DNA from: Bacillota bacterium
GTDB lineage: Bacteria; Bacillota; Sulfobacillia; Fermentithermobacillales; Fermentithermobacillaceae
Reading direction: 5' to 3'
NCBI GenBank assembly: GCA_050260675.1
Contig: JBLNCN010000005.1
Coordinates: 109,347 to 173,346, forward strand
DNA: 64,000 bases
Below, one piece after another: positions 10,132 through 19,278 of the stretch (position 1 is the first letter of the stretch; every line of letters begins with the position of its first letter). A program made the translations under genes and the position numbers. A model generated the notes under the pieces. The model worked only from the letters and a program-made list of their open reading frames with translations. It was not told the origin of the DNA and searched no databases.

Positions 10132-10178
10132 GCAAAGCGCGCGATGCTCGTGAACTCGCATGAACGCGCGCGCTTTGC
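10132..10178. terminator. Hairpin between convergent genes (likely bidirectional terminator)
   Basis: 12-bp inverted repeat GCAAAGCGCGCG / CGCGCGCTTTGC. Confidence 0.5.
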
Positions 10179-10215
10179 TGGCGACGCGGGTAAAGGCTCC
10201 GCTAACGCTCTGCCT

Positions 10216-10809
10216 TTACCCCGAAAGTAACCTGCTGATGCTCTTCTTCCCCCGCTTTCTGTCTTTGCGGGACGAGGCCAGGAGGAAAGCGTAGCGGAGG
10301 TCCCTCACCTCGAGGATCAAGGTCTGCAGCAGCTGGTTCATCCTGTGCAGCAGCTCCCTTTCCTCCACCGTGTGGGTGCAGATCTCCCTGCGAAGGTCTA
10401 TGACCAGCTCCCGGGCGGTCGCCTCGGTCGTCTCCGGAGACGAAGGTCTCACTACGTAGAGCGCGGGCGGGTCTTGAGGGAGGTCTCTTTCTTCCACGTA
10501 AGCGGGTGCTTCTCTCGCAACTGCGGCGACCGTAGCGGCGGTCTGCATCCGCGCCAGAACGGCTTCAGGCCAGGAATCCCCGACCCGCGATTCTCTGAGT
10601 TCCCGCTCTATGTCGGAATCCGGCACCCCTCTCTGACGGAGGCGGTGTATGAGAGCTATGACAGGCACCAGTTCCTCGGGGACACGGTTTCTTCCGGTGA
10701 GGCCAAGGAGTTCTCCGAACGTGTTCCTTAGGCCTCTCATTTCTGGAACAGTCAGGCCCAAGGTTTCTCCTATGTCCGCCCAAAGCAATTCCATGTCGGT
10801 CACTCCCAT
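10216..10809 (-). CDS. Hypothetical protein with MerR-like HTH, coiled coil and basic/amphipathic C-terminus (RacA-like layout)
   Basis: N-terminal WADIGETLGLTVPEMRGLRNTF...IHRLRQRGVPDSDIERELRE resembles MerR-type HTH; C-terminal RKDRKRGKKSISRLLSG. Confidence 0.55.
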   Translation of the reverse strand: MGVTDMELLWADIGETLGLTVPEMRGLRNTFGELLGLTGRNRVPEELVPVIALIHRLRQRGVPDSDIERELRESRVGDSWPEAVLARMQTAATVAAVAREAPAYVEERDLPQDPPALYVVRPSSPETTEATARELVIDLRREICTHTVEERELLHRMNQLLQTLILEVRDLRYAFLLASSRKDRKRGKKSISRLLSG

Positions 10810-10954
10810 AATTCCCAGTACCTGTCATATTCTCAACTGCATCGTCGTTTCCTCTTTTGTGCCCAGGTTTACCGCAAAAACTAAGTTGTGATAGACTTGC
10901 CCTTGGTGGTTTGGTTCTCCGCGGTAATCAACTAGAGGAAGGTGCAAGCACCAC

Positions 10955-13057
10955 ATGAGTGACCTGAATGCCCTCATTAAGCCCAAGTCGGTTGCAGTAA
11001 TCGGAGCTTCAAAGACCCCAGGCAAGATCGGATACGCAGTGATCGAAAACATCAAGGCCAGCGGCTACAAAGGCGAAGTCTACCCCATCAACCCCAAGGA
11101 ATCCGAGATAGCCGGTTACAAGGCTTACCCCTCGATCCTGGCAGTAGGGAAACCCATCGACGTCGCCGTCTTCTGTGTTCCCGCAGCGGCCTCTCTTGCG
11201 GTAGCTGAGGAGTCCGGCAAGGCCGGAGTGAAGCATCTCATCGTGATCACCGCCGGGTTCAAGGAGATCGGCCCCGAGGGTCGCGAACTGGAGAAGAATC
11301 TTGTGGCCATCGCGAGGAAGTACGGAATGCGCGTGACCGGCCCCAACAACCTGGGCGTCATGGACACCCATACCCCGATCAACGCGACATTCGCAGCCGA
11401 CTTCGCCCTAAAGGGCGATATCGCTTTCATATCCCAAAGTGGCGCTCTCCTGGTGGCGATCCTTGACTGGAGCCTGAAGCGTGGCCTCGGTTTCTCTCAG
11501 TTCATCAGCGTTGGCAACAAGGCCGACCTGAACGAGGCCGACTTCATCGAGTTGGCAGCCAGCGATCCCAATACCAAGGTTGTGTGCCTCTACCTGGAAG
11601 ACGTCGTTGACGGAGACAGGTTCATTGAAGCCGCGCGCAAGGCTACCCAGCGCATCCCCGTCATCGTACTTAAGTCAGGGATCACCGCAGCCGGTGCCAA
11701 GGCTGCTTCGTCCCACACCGGAGCTCTCGCCGGTTCCAATACCGCTTACGACGCGGCTTTGCGCCATGCAGGCGTTATCAGAGCCCGCACTATGTCGGAG
11801 CTGTTCGACCTGGCCATTGCGTTCACCACCCAGCCCATTCCCAAGAGCAAAAACACCGTTGTGGTCACCAACTCCGGCGGGCCTGGAATCGTGGCTTCGG
11901 ACGCGGTCGAGACCAACGGACTCAATATGGCGCGGTTCACCGAGGCTACCCTCGCTGAACTGAAGGAGAAGCTGCCGCCCACCGCCAACATCCATAACCC
12001 CATCGACGTCGTTGGCGACGCCCACGCTGATCGCTATAAGATTGCGCTGGACACCGCCCTGAAGGACCCCGGGGTCGACGCGGCTGTTGTGCTGCTCTCC
12101 CCCACCGCGGTCCTTGACATTAAGGAAGCCGCGGAGATCACCGCCAACGCCGGCAAGGCTCACCCCGACAAGGCCATCGTGGCCTCGTTTATCGGAGGCG
12201 CCAAGGTTGACGAAGGCGTGAAGTACCTGAACGACCAGGGAATCCCGGCATACCCGTTCCCGGAGCCTGCTATCGAGACCCTGCGCGGCATGATCCGGTA
12301 CGGTGAACTGAGGAAAGAAGTCGCCCAGAGCAAGCAGTGGGACTTCACGGATGTAGACAAAGCCAAGGTGGCGGAGATCTTCAAGAAGGTCCGCGCCGAC
12401 GGTCGCGACCTCCTGCTGTCGCCCGAAGCGGCTGAAGTGGCCGAAGCCTACAAGATCCCCGCGGCTCCGTCGAGACTCGCCCATGACGCGGCCGAGGCCG
12501 TTCGCCTCGCCGAGGAAATGGGATATCCCGTGGTCATGAAGATTGCTTCGCCCGACATCATGCACAAGACTGATGTGGGCGGAGTCAAGGTCGGCCTCAA
12601 GTCCAAGGACGAAGTGTCGGCTGCCTTTACCTCCATCATGGAGAACTCGAAGAAGGCTGTCCCGGATGCGAAGATCTACGGCGTCGAGGTCCAGAAGATG
12701 ATGCCCAAGGGCGACGAACTCATCATCGGAATGGCCAAGGATCCCACCTTCGGCCCGATGATCGCCTTCGGCTCAGGCGGTATCCTTGTGAACCTCCTGA
12801 AGGACGCCTCCTTCAGGCTGGCCAAGGGCCTCTCCAAGAACGAAGTCTCAGAGATGATAACCGAGACCAAGGCCTACACCATCCTCAAGGGATTCAGGGG
12901 CGCCGCACCCGACGACATCCCGGCCCTGGAAGAAGCCATCGGCCGCGTTGGTCAGCTCTGCAGGGATTTCCCGGAGATCGCCGAGCTCGACATCAACCCT
13001 GTGTTCGCGTACTCCAAGGGTCTTTCGGCCCTGGACGTGAAGATAAAGCTGCAGTAG
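10955..13057 (+). CDS. Acetate--CoA ligase (ADP-forming), fused alpha-beta ACD-type acyl-CoA synthetase
   Basis: CoA-binding PKSVAVIGAS, GPNNLG, SQSGAL, phospho-His ASSHTGALAG, NPIDVVGDA, ATP-grasp HKTDVGGV, ELDINP; no C-terminal GNAT domain. Confidence 0.9.
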   Translation: MSDLNALIKPKSVAVIGASKTPGKIGYAVIENIKASGYKGEVYPINPKESEIAGYKAYPSILAVGKPIDVAVFCVPAAASLAVAEESGKAGVKHLIVITAGFKEIGPEGRELEKNLVAIARKYGMRVTGPNNLGVMDTHTPINATFAADFALKGDIAFISQSGALLVAILDWSLKRGLGFSQFISVGNKADLNEADFIELAASDPNTKVVCLYLEDVVDGDRFIEAARKATQRIPVIVLKSGITAAGAKAASSHTGALAGSNTAYDAALRHAGVIRARTMSELFDLAIAFTTQPIPKSKNTVVVTNSGGPGIVASDAVETNGLNMARFTEATLAELKEKLPPTANIHNPIDVVGDAHADRYKIALDTALKDPGVDAAVVLLSPTAVLDIKEAAEITANAGKAHPDKAIVASFIGGAKVDEGVKYLNDQGIPAYPFPEPAIETLRGMIRYGELRKEVAQSKQWDFTDVDKAKVAEIFKKVRADGRDLLLSPEAAEVAEAYKIPAAPSRLAHDAAEAVRLAEEMGYPVVMKIASPDIMHKTDVGGVKVGLKSKDEVSAAFTSIMENSKKAVPDAKIYGVEVQKMMPKGDELIIGMAKDPTFGPMIAFGSGGILVNLLKDASFRLAKGLSKNEVSEMITETKAYTILKGFRGAAPDDIPALEEAIGRVGQLCRDFPEIAELDINPVFAYSKGLSALDVKIKLQ

Positions 13058-13111
13058 GCAACGGTTATGACGGTTACGAAGGTAACAGTCACAAGCGAGG
13101 TAGTTTGTCTG

Positions 13112-13143
13112 GGGGCGGGGCCTGCACCGGCCCGCCCCCTTGT
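13112..13143 (+). terminator. Probable terminator after the acyl-CoA synthetase
   Basis: GGGGCGGG(G)CC-loop-GGCCCGCCCC stem with a weak T tail. Confidence 0.45.
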
Positions 13144-13165
13144 CCATCCGGGGGGAGCGGTTTCG

Positions 13166-13381
13166 ATGCCAAGCCAAGACCTGGGGTTCAGAGGGCATCC
13201 TGCCTACTTGGACGATGATCCGCAGGAGAGGGAGAGCCGCCCGTTCCGGTTCCCACGAAAACCCGGGAAATCACCCGCCAAGAAGAAGCGACTGCCGAAG
13301 AGCGGCGGCCTTGCCCCGGACCCAAAACGCTACAACGACGAGATCCCTGACCCCGATGATGAGGAGACTGTGCCTGAGTAA
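13166..13381 (+). CDS. Small charged hypothetical protein (71 aa)
   Basis: ATG 13166 preceded by GGGGAG; MPSQDLGFRGHPAYLDDDPQERE...KKKRLPK...DPDDEETVPE; no recognisable family. Confidence 0.45.
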   Translation: MPSQDLGFRGHPAYLDDDPQERESRPFRFPRKPGKSPAKKKRLPKSGGLAPDPKRYNDEIPDPDDEETVPE

Positions 13382-13519
13382 GGCTCTCCGCCAGCACGCC
13401 AGCGGTTCCAGCCCGCAGCGAAGCTTACTAGCGCGCCGCGAAGCGAACGCGCCAGAGATTCGCGTAGGGCGAACCGCTGGCGGCGCCAAGCCTCACAGCG
13501 CCGTTCGCACTCTAGTCAA

Positions 13520-14854
13520 CTAGCCGGTAAATGTGAAGCCGTTAACCTTTATTGCAGGGCAGACCACAGAGAAGAGACCGCACTTCCTCTCCCTTTGCGC
13601 GGAAAGCGCCTCCACTCGAGAGAAGGCTCCCAGGATGCTTTCGGTGAATCGAAGGTTCTTCACGCCCCGGGTTATCCGGCCGTCTTCGATGAGGAACGTG
13701 CCGTCCCGGGTCGTTCCCGTAATGATGGTCTTGGCCGGGTGGACGGGGTTTATGCAGTTGAGACGGGTCACCAGGATCCCCTTCTTTGTCCCGCCGACCA
13801 TCTCCTCCACGCTCGAGTCGCCGCCGGCCATAAACAGGTTCGTGGGCATTGACCCGGAGAACAGCATGTGGGACACGGCGTGGCCTGTGGACTTCTTCCC
13901 CTCTCTCGCGGCTGCGAGCGAGCCGTAGACCACTCCGGCCGCAGTGCCGCGGTCCACGAGCATCACTTTCTGCTTGGGGACCCCTTCGGAGTCAAAAGGC
14001 ACGGGCAGGCCGTTGGGGTCCAGTCCATCGTCCCAGATGGTTATGTTCTCACCGGTGACCTTTTGGCCCATCCTCCCCGACATGAAGCTCCTCCCATCCT
14101 GGTACGATTCTGCGGTGAGGCCCATGAACGCAAGGTACATCAGCATGCCGGCCACAGCCGCGGGTTCCAGGATGACCACGTACTCTGCGGGCGGAATGGC
14201 AATGGGGTCTTGGGACAGGAGGCACTTTTGGATGGCCCGCTCCGCGACCAGCGATGGGTCAACCTGGGCCACGTCGGGTGAGAACGCATCGGCGTAACCG
14301 GACGAGTCGGAGCCCATTGCCACGCAGGTGAGGGAAGCAAGCGTCTGGGCGAAATAGGCTTCGACGCCGCGGGAGTTGACCACACACAGTTCGCGAGTCT
14401 CGGTCGAGAGGGCTCCCGCGACCTTGATCCCTCTCTCCTTCGCCATCGCGATGACGCGTTCGACGTACGCCGCGCGCAGGTCGGGGGGACAGGATGCAGT
14501 GGAATCGAAGAACCCTCCCGGCGCTTCTTGCAGTTCCTGGGGATCGGGCAGGCCCGAAAAGCCCGGCGTCATGGGGGCGAGGCGGGAAAGCTCGTGGGCT
14601 TCGCTCACAGCCCTATCCAGGCTCTCCGCATCCATCTGGTTTACTGACGAAGTCCCGATCTGCCTCCCGTTGACGGCCCTTATATCGACGCTCACGTCAT
14701 TTTCACCGACGCTTTGGTGGATGTAGTTGTCGGAGTAGCGGGTGAGGTAGGATGAACGACCGAGGAGTCGGAGTTCTGTCTCCTGCGCGGGAGACGCTTT
14801 CGATGCCGCATTAAGGACCGCAAGCGCGGCTGTGCGTCCAAACAACGGTTTCAC
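13520..14854 (-). CDS. TldD/PmbA family protein (PmbA/TldE-like, no HExxH)
   Basis: VILEPAAV, DDGLDPNGLPVPFDSEGVP, TGHA, TGTTRDGTFLIEDGRIT. Confidence 0.85.
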   Translation of the reverse strand: MKPLFGRTAALAVLNAASKASPAQETELRLLGRSSYLTRYSDNYIHQSVGENDVSVDIRAVNGRQIGTSSVNQMDAESLDRAVSEAHELSRLAPMTPGFSGLPDPQELQEAPGGFFDSTASCPPDLRAAYVERVIAMAKERGIKVAGALSTETRELCVVNSRGVEAYFAQTLASLTCVAMGSDSSGYADAFSPDVAQVDPSLVAERAIQKCLLSQDPIAIPPAEYVVILEPAAVAGMLMYLAFMGLTAESYQDGRSFMSGRMGQKVTGENITIWDDGLDPNGLPVPFDSEGVPKQKVMLVDRGTAAGVVYGSLAAAREGKKSTGHAVSHMLFSGSMPTNLFMAGGDSSVEEMVGGTKKGILVTRLNCINPVHPAKTIITGTTRDGTFLIEDGRITRGVKNLRFTESILGAFSRVEALSAQRERKCGLFSVVCPAIKVNGFTFTG

Positions 14855-15729
14855 CTCTTGGCGAGAGCAAGTCTTCGGAGGGCTTCGACTACGTCATAGC
14901 CTACAACGGTGCCTCCGAGATCTCCTCCTTCGCCAGCGCCGATGCCGTGGAAATCGGAGCCTCCCGTGACCACAAGGCCGTAACGGGAAGCGAGGTCTTG
15001 GCACTTTTCGGACATACAGCGGTCATGGTCAGGGTGGAATGCTTCGATGCCCTGGAGTCCCTCTTTCACCAGGTCGGATATTAGGTGCAGGCAGTCAGAC
15101 GTGCCGGGGTGGGCCCAGACCGCTACGCCACCGGCCGAAGAAATGGCTCTCACGGCCTCTTCCGGGCAGAGGCGCGCCCTCTCGACGTAGGCCGGTCTTC
15201 CCAAGCCCAGGTACCTCTCAAAAGCGTCCTTGACTGAGGCGGCGTAGCCTTTCTCCACCATCGCCTGTGCCACGTGGGGACGGCCTACCGAATCTCCCGT
15301 GGACAGCTCCATCACTCGGGAAGCCTCAACGGGAAGTCCCAAGTCTCGAAGGAGCCTTACTGTCTGGAAAACGCGGTCTTCGCGGCTCTCCTGCATCTTC
15401 TCCAAAAGAGCCTGAAAAGGCCCTTTCCCGAAGGGCACGTAGTATCCCAGAATGTGTACTTCCCGGCCTTCGAGGTAGCAGTTGATCTCGACTCCGGGGA
15501 CGACCTCGACTTCCTTCACTAGGAGCGGTGTTAGGACCTCCGGCCCTTCACTCGCGTCGGGGGCTCTGTAGAGCGAACGCGCACCCGACACAGTGTCGTG
15601 ATCGCAAATGGCGACTGCCCGCAGGCGCTTCTCTCGGGCGTATTCGACCAGATCGGCTGGACTGAGGGCGCCGTCCGAGCCGGTCGTGTGGGTATGCAGG
15701 TCACACCAACAGTTAGTTCCTTGGCCCAA
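14851..15729 (-). CDS. PHP-domain phosphoesterase (YciV/TrpH-like)
   Basis: DLHTHTTGSDG, AICDHDTV, EVHILGY, GRPHVA, WAHP, TGGSDFHG. Confidence 0.9.
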   Translation of the reverse strand: MGQGTNCWCDLHTHTTGSDGALSPADLVEYAREKRLRAVAICDHDTVSGARSLYRAPDASEGPEVLTPLLVKEVEVVPGVEINCYLEGREVHILGYYVPFGKGPFQALLEKMQESREDRVFQTVRLLRDLGLPVEASRVMELSTGDSVGRPHVAQAMVEKGYAASVKDAFERYLGLGRPAYVERARLCPEEAVRAISSAGGVAVWAHPGTSDCLHLISDLVKEGLQGIEAFHPDHDRCMSEKCQDLASRYGLVVTGGSDFHGIGAGEGGDLGGTVVGYDVVEALRRLALAKR

Positions 15730-15985
15730 CGATGAGTTTGATCGCAGTGCGCTCCTGGCCTTCTATGAGGATGTCGGTGAAGGCCGGCACGCAGACCAAA
15801 TCTATGCCGCTCGGCGCGACAAAACCCCTGGCTATGGCCACAGCCTTGATTGCCTGGTTGACCGCGCCTGCCCCTATGCCCTGGATCTCCGCGTAGCCTC
15901 GCTCACGGATGACGCCTGCAAGGGCGCCGGCAACTGCGTTCGGGTTGCTCTTTGATGAAACCTTGAGCACTTCTACCGGCAGCAT
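15713..15985 (-). CDS. spoVS: Stage V sporulation protein S
   Basis: EVLKVSSKSNPNAVAGALAGVIRE...AIKAVAIARGFVAPSGIDL...PAF; start uncertain (ATG 15985 or TTG 16015). Confidence 0.93.
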   Translation of the reverse strand: MLPVEVLKVSSKSNPNAVAGALAGVIRERGYAEIQGIGAGAVNQAIKAVAIARGFVAPSGIDLVCVPAFTDILIEGQERTAIKLIVGPRN

Positions 15986-16093
15986 TTCCCGGCGATCTAC
16001 GTTGCTTAGGCCCAATGTTGTTCCCCTCCATGTAACGGCTCTTCTGCTACAAAAAGCTAAAGATCCTTCTAAGAATTGCCAGTTGCTGCGTCC

Positions 16094-16123
16094 ATTGTAT
16101 TCCAGAAAAGGGGGGCTTGGCAA
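16094..16123 (-). promoter_or_regulatory. Putative sigma-A promoter of spoVS
   Basis: TTGCCA-N18-TACAAT on the minus strand. Confidence 0.45.
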
Positions 16124-16161
16124 GATAATTGTATTGACTCTGAAAATGGCTGCCCAGAGTC

Positions 16162-16944
16162 CTATTCCACTATCCTTATGCGCTCCACTCTGCGGGCAAG
16201 TCCGGCGGTGTCGATGGAACAGAAGACTCCGCACAGCTGATTGCGGCCCTTCGCTGGCTCGTGGCGGACGGGGAGTTGAGTTAAGAAGTGCCTGAGGATG
16301 ATGTCTTTGGAGACGCCTATGACGCCTTCCACGCTTCCGGTCATTCCCGCATCGGTTATGTATGCAGTCCCGCCGGGCAGTACCATGTCGTCCGCCGTCT
16401 GCACGTGGGTGTGGGTCCCGAATATCGCGCTGACCTTGCCGTCCAGGAAGTAGCCCATGGCGATCTTCTCTGATGTGGCTTCAGCGTGGAAGTCTACGAC
16501 AATGATAGGGGTCGTGAGCCTGAGACGACTGACCTCAGCTTCCAGCGCCCTGAACGGACAGTCCAGGTTCGCCGGGGAGTACACGCGACCGCAAGCGCTC
16601 ACGACGGCTATAGATTGGCCGCTCCCGGTGCTGTAGATGCCCGACCCTTTCCCGGGAATGCCCGGAGGGTAGTTGAGGGGGCGCAGGATGCGCCGGTCTT
16701 TGTCGAGAGCCGGGTATATCTCTTTCTTGTCCCAAATGTGGTTTCCCGAGGTAAGCACGTCGGCGCCGCAGGAGAAGATCTCTTCCGCTACTTCCGGCGT
16801 GAGACCGTTTCCCCCCGCGGCGTTTTCTCCGTTCACGATAACGAAGTCGGCATCGTACTTAACCCTCAGAGACGGCAGGTGCTTCGCGAGGAAACTCCTG
16901 CCCGGGGACCCGAAGACGTCACCCACAAACAGCACATTGGTCAC
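16162..16944 (-). CDS. ymdB: YmdB-family metallophosphoesterase (TIGR00282-like)
   Basis: VLFVGDVFG, NGENAAGG, TSGNHIWD, DFHAEATSEK, GTHTHVQTAD, TDAGMTG. Confidence 0.95.
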   Translation of the reverse strand: MTNVLFVGDVFGSPGRSFLAKHLPSLRVKYDADFVIVNGENAAGGNGLTPEVAEEIFSCGADVLTSGNHIWDKKEIYPALDKDRRILRPLNYPPGIPGKGSGIYSTGSGQSIAVVSACGRVYSPANLDCPFRALEAEVSRLRLTTPIIVVDFHAEATSEKIAMGYFLDGKVSAIFGTHTHVQTADDMVLPGGTAYITDAGMTGSVEGVIGVSKDIILRHFLTQLPVRHEPAKGRNQLCGVFCSIDTAGLARRVERIRIVE

Positions 16945-17489
16945 TTGTCGAACACCAGGACCTTTTCGCCCTCTCTCAGGGCTACCAGTTTGCGTTTGCT
17001 CCGCAGGTCTTTCACCTGTTCCAGCATCTCTTGAAGGAAGAGCCTGGCCGACCAGGCAAAGTCCTCCCTGCCGTCGGACATCTCCACTTCTTCCTGCGAC
17101 ACAACCAGCTTTGCCTTCTCAGAAATGAGATCGGCCGTGAGATTCAGCTCCTCGGAAGATATGGAGGCCACATCCCGCTCGACCTGGAAGCAGTAGAAGT
17201 CGCCCATCTTTTCCCACAGAGTCTTCACCACGGTCGCCCTCCGCCTGGTAAGGCGGAGGAAGACTTGCACGGCGTCGGAGTAGAGTTGGGAGATCTCGCT
17301 CCTCCGCCTCGCTCCGATCGGTCCCTGGCACAGGAACACGAGCCCCAGCGCCTTGTTTTCAGGGTCAAACGTGACCCGGGACACCTGGGGGTACGCGACC
17401 AACAGGGTGGCCAACACTTCGACGTCCCGGTTTGAAGGTCGCTTCTTGCCGGACCTGCCCTCTGTCTTCGCGAGTGTTCTTTTGGGCAC
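16941..17489 (-). CDS. Hypothetical protein between rny and ymdB
   Basis: Clean ORF overlapping the ymdB start (GTGA); no recognisable motif. Confidence 0.75.
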   Translation of the reverse strand: MPKRTLAKTEGRSGKKRPSNRDVEVLATLLVAYPQVSRVTFDPENKALGLVFLCQGPIGARRRSEISQLYSDAVQVFLRLTRRRATVVKTLWEKMGDFYCFQVERDVASISSEELNLTADLISEKAKLVVSQEEVEMSDGREDFAWSARLFLQEMLEQVKDLRSKRKLVALREGEKVLVFDK

Positions 17490-17503
17490 CGGAATCCTCC
17501 TTG

Positions 17504-19033
17504 CTATTTGGCGTATCCCACCGCCCTGGTCTCCCTGATGACAGTTACCTTAACTTGCCCAGGGTATTCGATATCTTTCTCTATCTTCTTTACGATGTCT
17601 CTGGCGAGCCGCACCGCTCCCAGGTCGTCGATTTTCTCCGGTTTGACCATGATGCGGATCTCGCGCCCTGCCTGGATGGCGTAGGACTTCTCGACTCCCT
17701 CGAAGGAGTTGGCGATCTCCTCAAGTTTCTCGAGCCTCTTCAGGTACATCTCCAGGGTCTCGCGGCGGGCTCCAGGCCGCGCGGCTGAGATCGCATCGGC
17801 TGCGCCTACCAGGAACGCTTCCACTGACTTGGCTTCCACATCTCCATGGTGAGCTTCCATGCCCTTGATGACGTCGCCCGACTCTCTGTACCGCCGGAGG
17901 AGGTTGACTCCGATCTCAACGTGGGACCCTTCCACTTCATGGTCGACGGCCTTGCCTATGTCGTGCAGAAGGCCTGCTCGCCGGGCTATTGCGACATCCG
18001 CCCCCAGCTCGCTCGCCATCGACGCCGCCAGGTGCGCGACCTCTATCGAGTGTTTGAGCACGTTCTGGCCGTAACTGGTCCGGAACTTGAGCCGTCCCAA
18101 GAGCTTCACCAGTTCAGGGTGCAGGCCGTGCACTGAGAGGTTCAGGGCGGCCTGTTCGCCTTCCTGTTTGATGAGGTTGTCTACGTCCTTCTGTGCCTTC
18201 TCGACCATTTCCTCTATGCGGGCCGGGTGGATGCGACCGTCAGAGACCAGCCGCTCCAGGGCCAACCTGGCCACCTCTCTCCTCACGGGATCGAAGCCGG
18301 AAAGGATGACCGCTTCCGGCGTATCGTCGATGATGAGGTCGATTCCGGTCAGTGTCTCAAGGGCCCGGATGTTCCGGCCTTCGCGGCCGATAATGCGGCC
18401 CTTCATCTCATCGTTGGGGAGTTCGACGACCGAAACGGTATTCTCCGCCACGTGGTCGGCAGCGCACTTCTGGATCGCGAGGCTGATTACGCTCCGAGCC
18501 CGTGCCTCCGCCTCTTCGCGGGCCGCCGCTTCCGAATCCCTGATGAGCCTGGCTGTCTCGTCTTTCAGCGCTTCGCTCACCTCGGAGATTATCCGCTCCT
18601 TGGCTTCCTCTCTCGAGAGTCCCGAGATCCTCTCGAGCTCCTTTATCGCGTCCTCGTGCAGAGTGTCTAGCGCCTTGGTCCTCTCCACCAGGCTTCTCTC
18701 CTGCTTGGCGAGGTTTTCTTCTCTCTGGGACAAAGACTCTTGCCGCCTATCCAAGGACTCCTCTTTGTTTATGAGGCGCCGCTCCGTGCGTTGGACTTCC
18801 TGGCGTCTCTCCCGGATCTCTCTCTCCAGTTCTTCCCTGAGCCTCTGGGTCTCATCTCTTGCCTCGACCAGGAGCTCTCTCTTCCGGGTCTCCCCGGATT
18901 TGTAAGCTTCGTCGAGGACCCGCTTTGCTTCTGCCTCAGCCGACTTGATCTTGGCTTCGCCGACGGCCCGCCTGACAAGGTAGCCCGCCACAAGCCCGAC
19001 GACCAGCGCGGCTGCTCCAATCGCCCACTCCAT
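17504..19033 (-). CDS. rny: Ribonuclease Y
   Basis: N-terminal TM, coiled coil, KH domain ([13 protein letters not shown]), HD domain (LLHDIGKA...[12 protein letters not shown]); start at ATG 19033 from SD spacing. Confidence 0.97.
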   Translation of the reverse strand: MEWAIGAAALVVGLVAGYLVRRAVGEAKIKSAEAEAKRVLDEAYKSGETRKRELLVEARDETQRLREELEREIRERRQEVQRTERRLINKEESLDRRQESLSQREENLAKQERSLVERTKALDTLHEDAIKELERISGLSREEAKERIISEVSEALKDETARLIRDSEAAAREEAEARARSVISLAIQKCAADHVAENTVSVVELPNDEMKGRIIGREGRNIRALETLTGIDLIIDDTPEAVILSGFDPVRREVARLALERLVSDGRIHPARIEEMVEKAQKDVDNLIKQEGEQAALNLSVHGLHPELVKLLGRLKFRTSYGQNVLKHSIEVAHLAASMASELGADVAIARRAGLLHDIGKAVDHEVEGSHVEIGVNLLRRYRESGDVIKGMEAHHGDVEAKSVEAFLVGAADAISAARPGARRETLEMYLKRLEKLEEIANSFEGVEKSYAIQAGREIRIMVKPEKIDDLGAVRLARDIVKKIEKDIEYPGQVKVTVIRETRAVGYAK

Positions 19034-19053
19034 CAAGGTCACCTCCTCCGAAG

Positions 19054-19080
19054 AAAACGCAAAAACCGGGCAGCGCCCGG
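19054..19080 (-). terminator. Intrinsic terminator immediately upstream of the rny ribosome-binding site
   Basis: CCGGGC-GCT-GCCCGG followed by TTTTTGCGTTTT on the minus strand. Confidence 0.7.
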
Positions 19081-19093
19081 CTTCACCTGGCTG

Positions 19094-19242
19094 GAAGACC
19101 TACCGTATGCTGTGAGTGCGACCTATGGGCTGACTCTCAAACGAAACACGGGCGTGCCGCGAGATCCTCCCGCGGCCGCCATAAGCCGATTGTCCCAGTT
19201 CCAAAGTGCACACTCATGTATGTCATCTCGCGTATGGTCTTC
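19094..19242 (-). ncRNA. Putative structured RNA (leader or sRNA) between recX and rny
   Basis: Nested complementary segments GAAGACC/GGTCTTC, TGAGTG(T)GC/GCACTCA, CGGCTTATGG/CCATAGGTCG and an apical CCGCGGGA/TCTCGCGG stem. Confidence 0.45.
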
Positions 19243-19278
19243 ACATGGTACATTGGTCCACCAGGGGGAGTCCCTGCG

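Noticed and set aside
10880-10905. Rex operator upstream of the acyl-CoA synthetase
   Set aside because: Only the left half (TTGTGA) matches; the right half does not form TCACAA.
10955-13057. Protein lysine acetyltransferase Pat/PatZ
   Set aside because: There is no GNAT domain and the catalytic histidines are retained.
18087-18905. Long antisense ORFs (this one opposite rny, also 11675-12565, 29925-30920, 35298-36359, 60477-61253 and many shorter ones)
   Set aside because: These are shadow ORFs of high-GC genes with clear motifs on the other strand or frame. They have no recognisable domains or SD support.
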